Of a stretch of DNA of 64,000 bases, positions 61,329 to 64,000 are shown in pieces; position 1 is the stretch's first letter; every line of letters begins with the position of its first letter. The notes under the pieces were generated by a model. It was not told where the DNA came from. It saw only the letters and a program-made list of their open reading frames with translations, and did no database searches. The stretch lies in assembly GCA_963834935.1 (NCBI GenBank), contig CAWIDS010000001.1:65338-129337 (forward strand), read 5' to 3'. The stretch comes from Candidatus Nomurabacteria bacterium. Lineage in GTDB: Bacteria > Patescibacteriota > Minisyncoccia > Phycocordibacterales > CALRBL01. The position numbers were made by a program, and so were the translations under genes.

Positions 61329-62210
61329 ATGCAAAGCGATCCATTAGCGACTCCGGCTCTTCTCATCATATTCAACCGCCCGGACGCATCAAAGCGGCTC
61401 CTTGAGCGGCTCAGGGAAATAAGACCTGTGAGGATTTTCATATCTGCCGACGGTCCGCGATCAGATAAGCACGGCGAAAAAGAGTTGTGCGAAAAGACGC
61501 GGGCAGTGTTCGATTCCATCGATTGGCCTTGCGACATCAGGAAGAATTACCATGAGCAGAATCTCGGCTGCGACCCGCACATCATTTCCGCTGTCGACTG
61601 GCTTTTTGAATATACCGAATCTGGCATCATCCTCGAAGACGATTGCCTTCCCGATCCTACCTTTTTTCCTTTTTGTGCGACGCTGCTTGAAAAATACAAG
61701 GACGACCGGCGAGTAATGCATATTAACGGGTCTAATTTCCAATTCGGCAACATCCGCGGCAACGGAAGTTATTATTTCTCGCACTATGCCCACAGCTGGG
61801 GCTGGGCAACGTGGAAAAGGGCTTGGGCTGATTTCGGCACGACAAAGGCATTCGCGCCTTTTTCTAAAGACCAGAAAGAAAACAGGTTCTGGCTTAATTT
61901 CTTCGAGAAGATATCTGCCGGCAAATATCCGTTCTGGGACGCGCGCTGGCTTTTCACTATCTGGTCGGAGGGAGGTATCGTCATCACTCCGAACAGCAAC
62001 CTCATCACCAACATCGGCTTCGGCAAGGAAGCCACGCATACCAGCATCGAGGAAAAGATCATGAACCAGCCGACAATTCCGATGAAAGAGATCATTAATC
62101 CTTCGTCCGAGGAAATAAATGCCGAAGGTGACGCTTTCACTTTTAAGGTATATTATTATCGAACACACCTTCAGAAAATCATCCATAAGCTTAATTCCCT
62201 CTTAAACTGA
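61329..62210 (+). CDS. Nucleotide-diphospho-sugar transferase
   Basis: IFNRPD, ADGPR, NLGC, IILEDDC, WGWATWKRAW, NIGFG. Confidence 0.85.
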   Translation: MQSDPLATPALLIIFNRPDASKRLLERLREIRPVRIFISADGPRSDKHGEKELCEKTRAVFDSIDWPCDIRKNYHEQNLGCDPHIISAVDWLFEYTESGIILEDDCLPDPTFFPFCATLLEKYKDDRRVMHINGSNFQFGNIRGNGSYYFSHYAHSWGWATWKRAWADFGTTKAFAPFSKDQKENRFWLNFFEKISAGKYPFWDARWLFTIWSEGGIVITPNSNLITNIGFGKEATHTSIEEKIMNQPTIPMKEIINPSSEEINAEGDAFTFKVYYYRTHLQKIIHKLNSLLN

Positions 62211-62211
62211 C

Positions 62212-63066
62212 ATGATCATCACCAGACTCGGCGGCGGCCTCGGCAACCAGATGTTCCAATACACCATAGGCAGGGCGCTTGCCTTGAAGAATAATGACGT
62301 CCTCAAGCTCGACATCAGCACTTACACGCCCGAATACCCACGCCAGTACGGCCTTAAGCATTTCAATATCGACGAGCATTTCGCTACGCCTGAGGAATCA
62401 CGGAAACTCCGACTGCCTTACGGCTTCTTCTCGCGCGTCATCCGCTCTTTTCGCGCCCGGGTGCTCCGCCAATTTTACGTCGGTTATCATCCTGAAGTGA
62501 TGGAAAGAAAAGGCGACGTCTTCCTCGAAGGATTCTGGAAAAATGAGAAATACTTCTTGGATATAGAGCAGGTCATCAGGAAAGACTTCACTTTAAAAAA
62601 TCCCCTTTCAGCAATGTCCCGAGCATTCAAGGAAAAAATTCAAGCGGAACGGATATCAGTCTCCTTGCATGTGCGCCGAGGCGACTATGTCAATGATGAA
62701 AAGACAGGTATCTATCACGGCGTCTGCTCGCCTGAGTATTACCGCAAAGCAATAGAGAAAATAAAGGAAAAATGTCCGGCATTCATCCTTTTTGTCTTTT
62801 CAGACGACATCCTGTGGGTCAAGGAGAACATGAAGTTCGACATTCCGGCAGTATACGTCTCGCACAAGGACATTCCCGACTATGAAGAGCTTGTCCTGAT
62901 GAGCCTCTGCTCGCACAACATCATCGCCAACAGCACTTTCAGCTGGTGGGGGGCATGGCTTAATGCTAATCCTGAAAAGATAATCATCGCTCCTTACCGA
63001 TGGCTCGCTAAGACCGGTGACGACCATTACAAGGAAGTGCCTGACTCGTGGATCAAGATACGATAA
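62212..63066 (+). CDS. Alpha-1,2-fucosyltransferase family (GT11)
   Basis: GGLGNQMFQY, HVRRGDY, FSDD, NSTFSWWGAWL. Confidence 0.93.
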   Translation: MIITRLGGGLGNQMFQYTIGRALALKNNDVLKLDISTYTPEYPRQYGLKHFNIDEHFATPEESRKLRLPYGFFSRVIRSFRARVLRQFYVGYHPEVMERKGDVFLEGFWKNEKYFLDIEQVIRKDFTLKNPLSAMSRAFKEKIQAERISVSLHVRRGDYVNDEKTGIYHGVCSPEYYRKAIEKIKEKCPAFILFVFSDDILWVKENMKFDIPAVYVSHKDIPDYEELVLMSLCSHNIIANSTFSWWGAWLNANPEKIIIAPYRWLAKTGDDHYKEVPDSWIKIR

Positions 63067-63067
63067 T

Positions 63068-64000
63068 ATGGAAAAAATTCCTTATGATATAGTCATTGTC
63101 GGAGCGGGAATCTCGGGTGCGACCCTTGCTGAACGTTATGCCAATATCCTCGGCAAGCATGTGCTTATCATCGAGAAGCGCGACCACATCGGTGGAAACT
63201 GCTATGACAGCAGAAATGACGCAGGTATACAAGTCTCCAAATACGGCCCTCACTATTTTCGCACCAACGACGAACGCGTGATGGAATATGTCAGCACATT
63301 TTCCGAGTGGGTGCCTTTCGAAGCAAAGTGCCTGAGCCATGTGGATGGCAAGAAGGTGCCTGTGCCGGTAAACATCGATACGGTCAATTCCCTTTTCAAT
63401 CAGAAAATCACCAATGAAGCGGAAATGAAGGAATGGCTTTCGCATGAGACAGAAGACATTCCTGAACCGCAGAACTCCGAAGAATCGGCTCTCAAGCGAG
63501 TAGGCAGAAAGCTCTATGAGAAGATGTTCAAGAATTACACAATAAAGCAGTGGGACAAGGATCCAAAGGAGCTTGAAGCAAGCGTCATGGATCGCATCCC
63601 TGTGCGCTTCAATCACGACGACCGGTACTTCACCGACAAATACCAGATGTATCCCAAAGAGGGGTATGAAAAGATATTCAGGAACATGTTGGCAAGTCCC
63701 TTGATTAAAGTACGGACAGGAAGCTCGTGGGAAGAGGTATCTAAAGAAGTTCGAGGATATGAAAAACTCTTCTTCACAGGCACCATCGATTCGTATTTCA
63801 ACGAGGAATTCGGCAAGCTCGAATACCGCTCGCTCCGTTTCGAGGAAGAGACGCTTGACCAGGAATTCTTCCAAGACGCCGTGCAGGAAAACTATCCCGA
63901 TAATGCCATTCCCTTCACCCGCATCGTCGAATACAAGCATCAGACAAAGCAGGTTTCCCCGCGAACAACGATTGTGAGAGAATATCCTACATGGGAAGGC
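63068..64000 (+). CDS. glf: UDP-galactopyranose mutase (runs off the window; absent from the ORF track)
   Basis: Hand translation: MEKIPYDIVIVGAGISGATLAE, EKRDHIGGNCYD, YGPHYFRT, YTIKQW, LEYRSL, FTRIVEYKH. Confidence 0.93.
   Translation, partial: MEKIPYDIVIVGAGISGATLAERYANILGKHVLIIEKRDHIGGNCYDSRNDAGIQVSKYGPHYFRTNDERVMEYVSTFSEWVPFEAKCLSHVDGKKVPVPVNIDTVNSLFNQKITNEAEMKEWLSHETEDIPEPQNSEESALKRVGRKLYEKMFKNYTIKQWDKDPKELEASVMDRIPVRFNHDDRYFTDKYQMYPKEGYEKIFRNMLASPLIKVRTGSSWEEVSKEVRGYEKLFFTGTIDSYFNEEFGKLEYRSLRFEEETLDQEFFQDAVQENYPDNAIPFTRIVEYKHQTKQVSPRTTIVREYPTWEG

Overview
This is a gene-dense, mostly housekeeping region of a reduced bacterial genome. Gene content and style point to Patescibacteria/CPR, probably Parcubacteria (inference): short IF2, NusB-Nudix fusion, short SMC, secG next to an OppA-like gene, few Shine-Dalgarno sites, standard code with a tRNA-Trp(CCA). 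It carries translation, replication and RNA-metabolism genes, six tRNAs, a sortase with an adjacent IPATG-anchored repeat protein, a diadenylate cyclase, and the start of a Wzm/Wzt surface-glycan cluster. Many single-base indels (gyrB, clpB, lepA, rbfA, others) look like consensus errors. Best leads: (1) a stand-alone gene at 33315-33977 whose 3' end looks like a diversity-generating retroelement variable region, with no RT or template repeat in the window; (2) a promoter- and terminator-bounded structured ~280 nt candidate ncRNA between gyrB and secG; (3) a divergent LpxC-like protein; (4) miaA sitting among four of its own substrate tRNAs; (5) pervasive leaderless promoter architecture. All family calls are by motif recognition; no searches were run.
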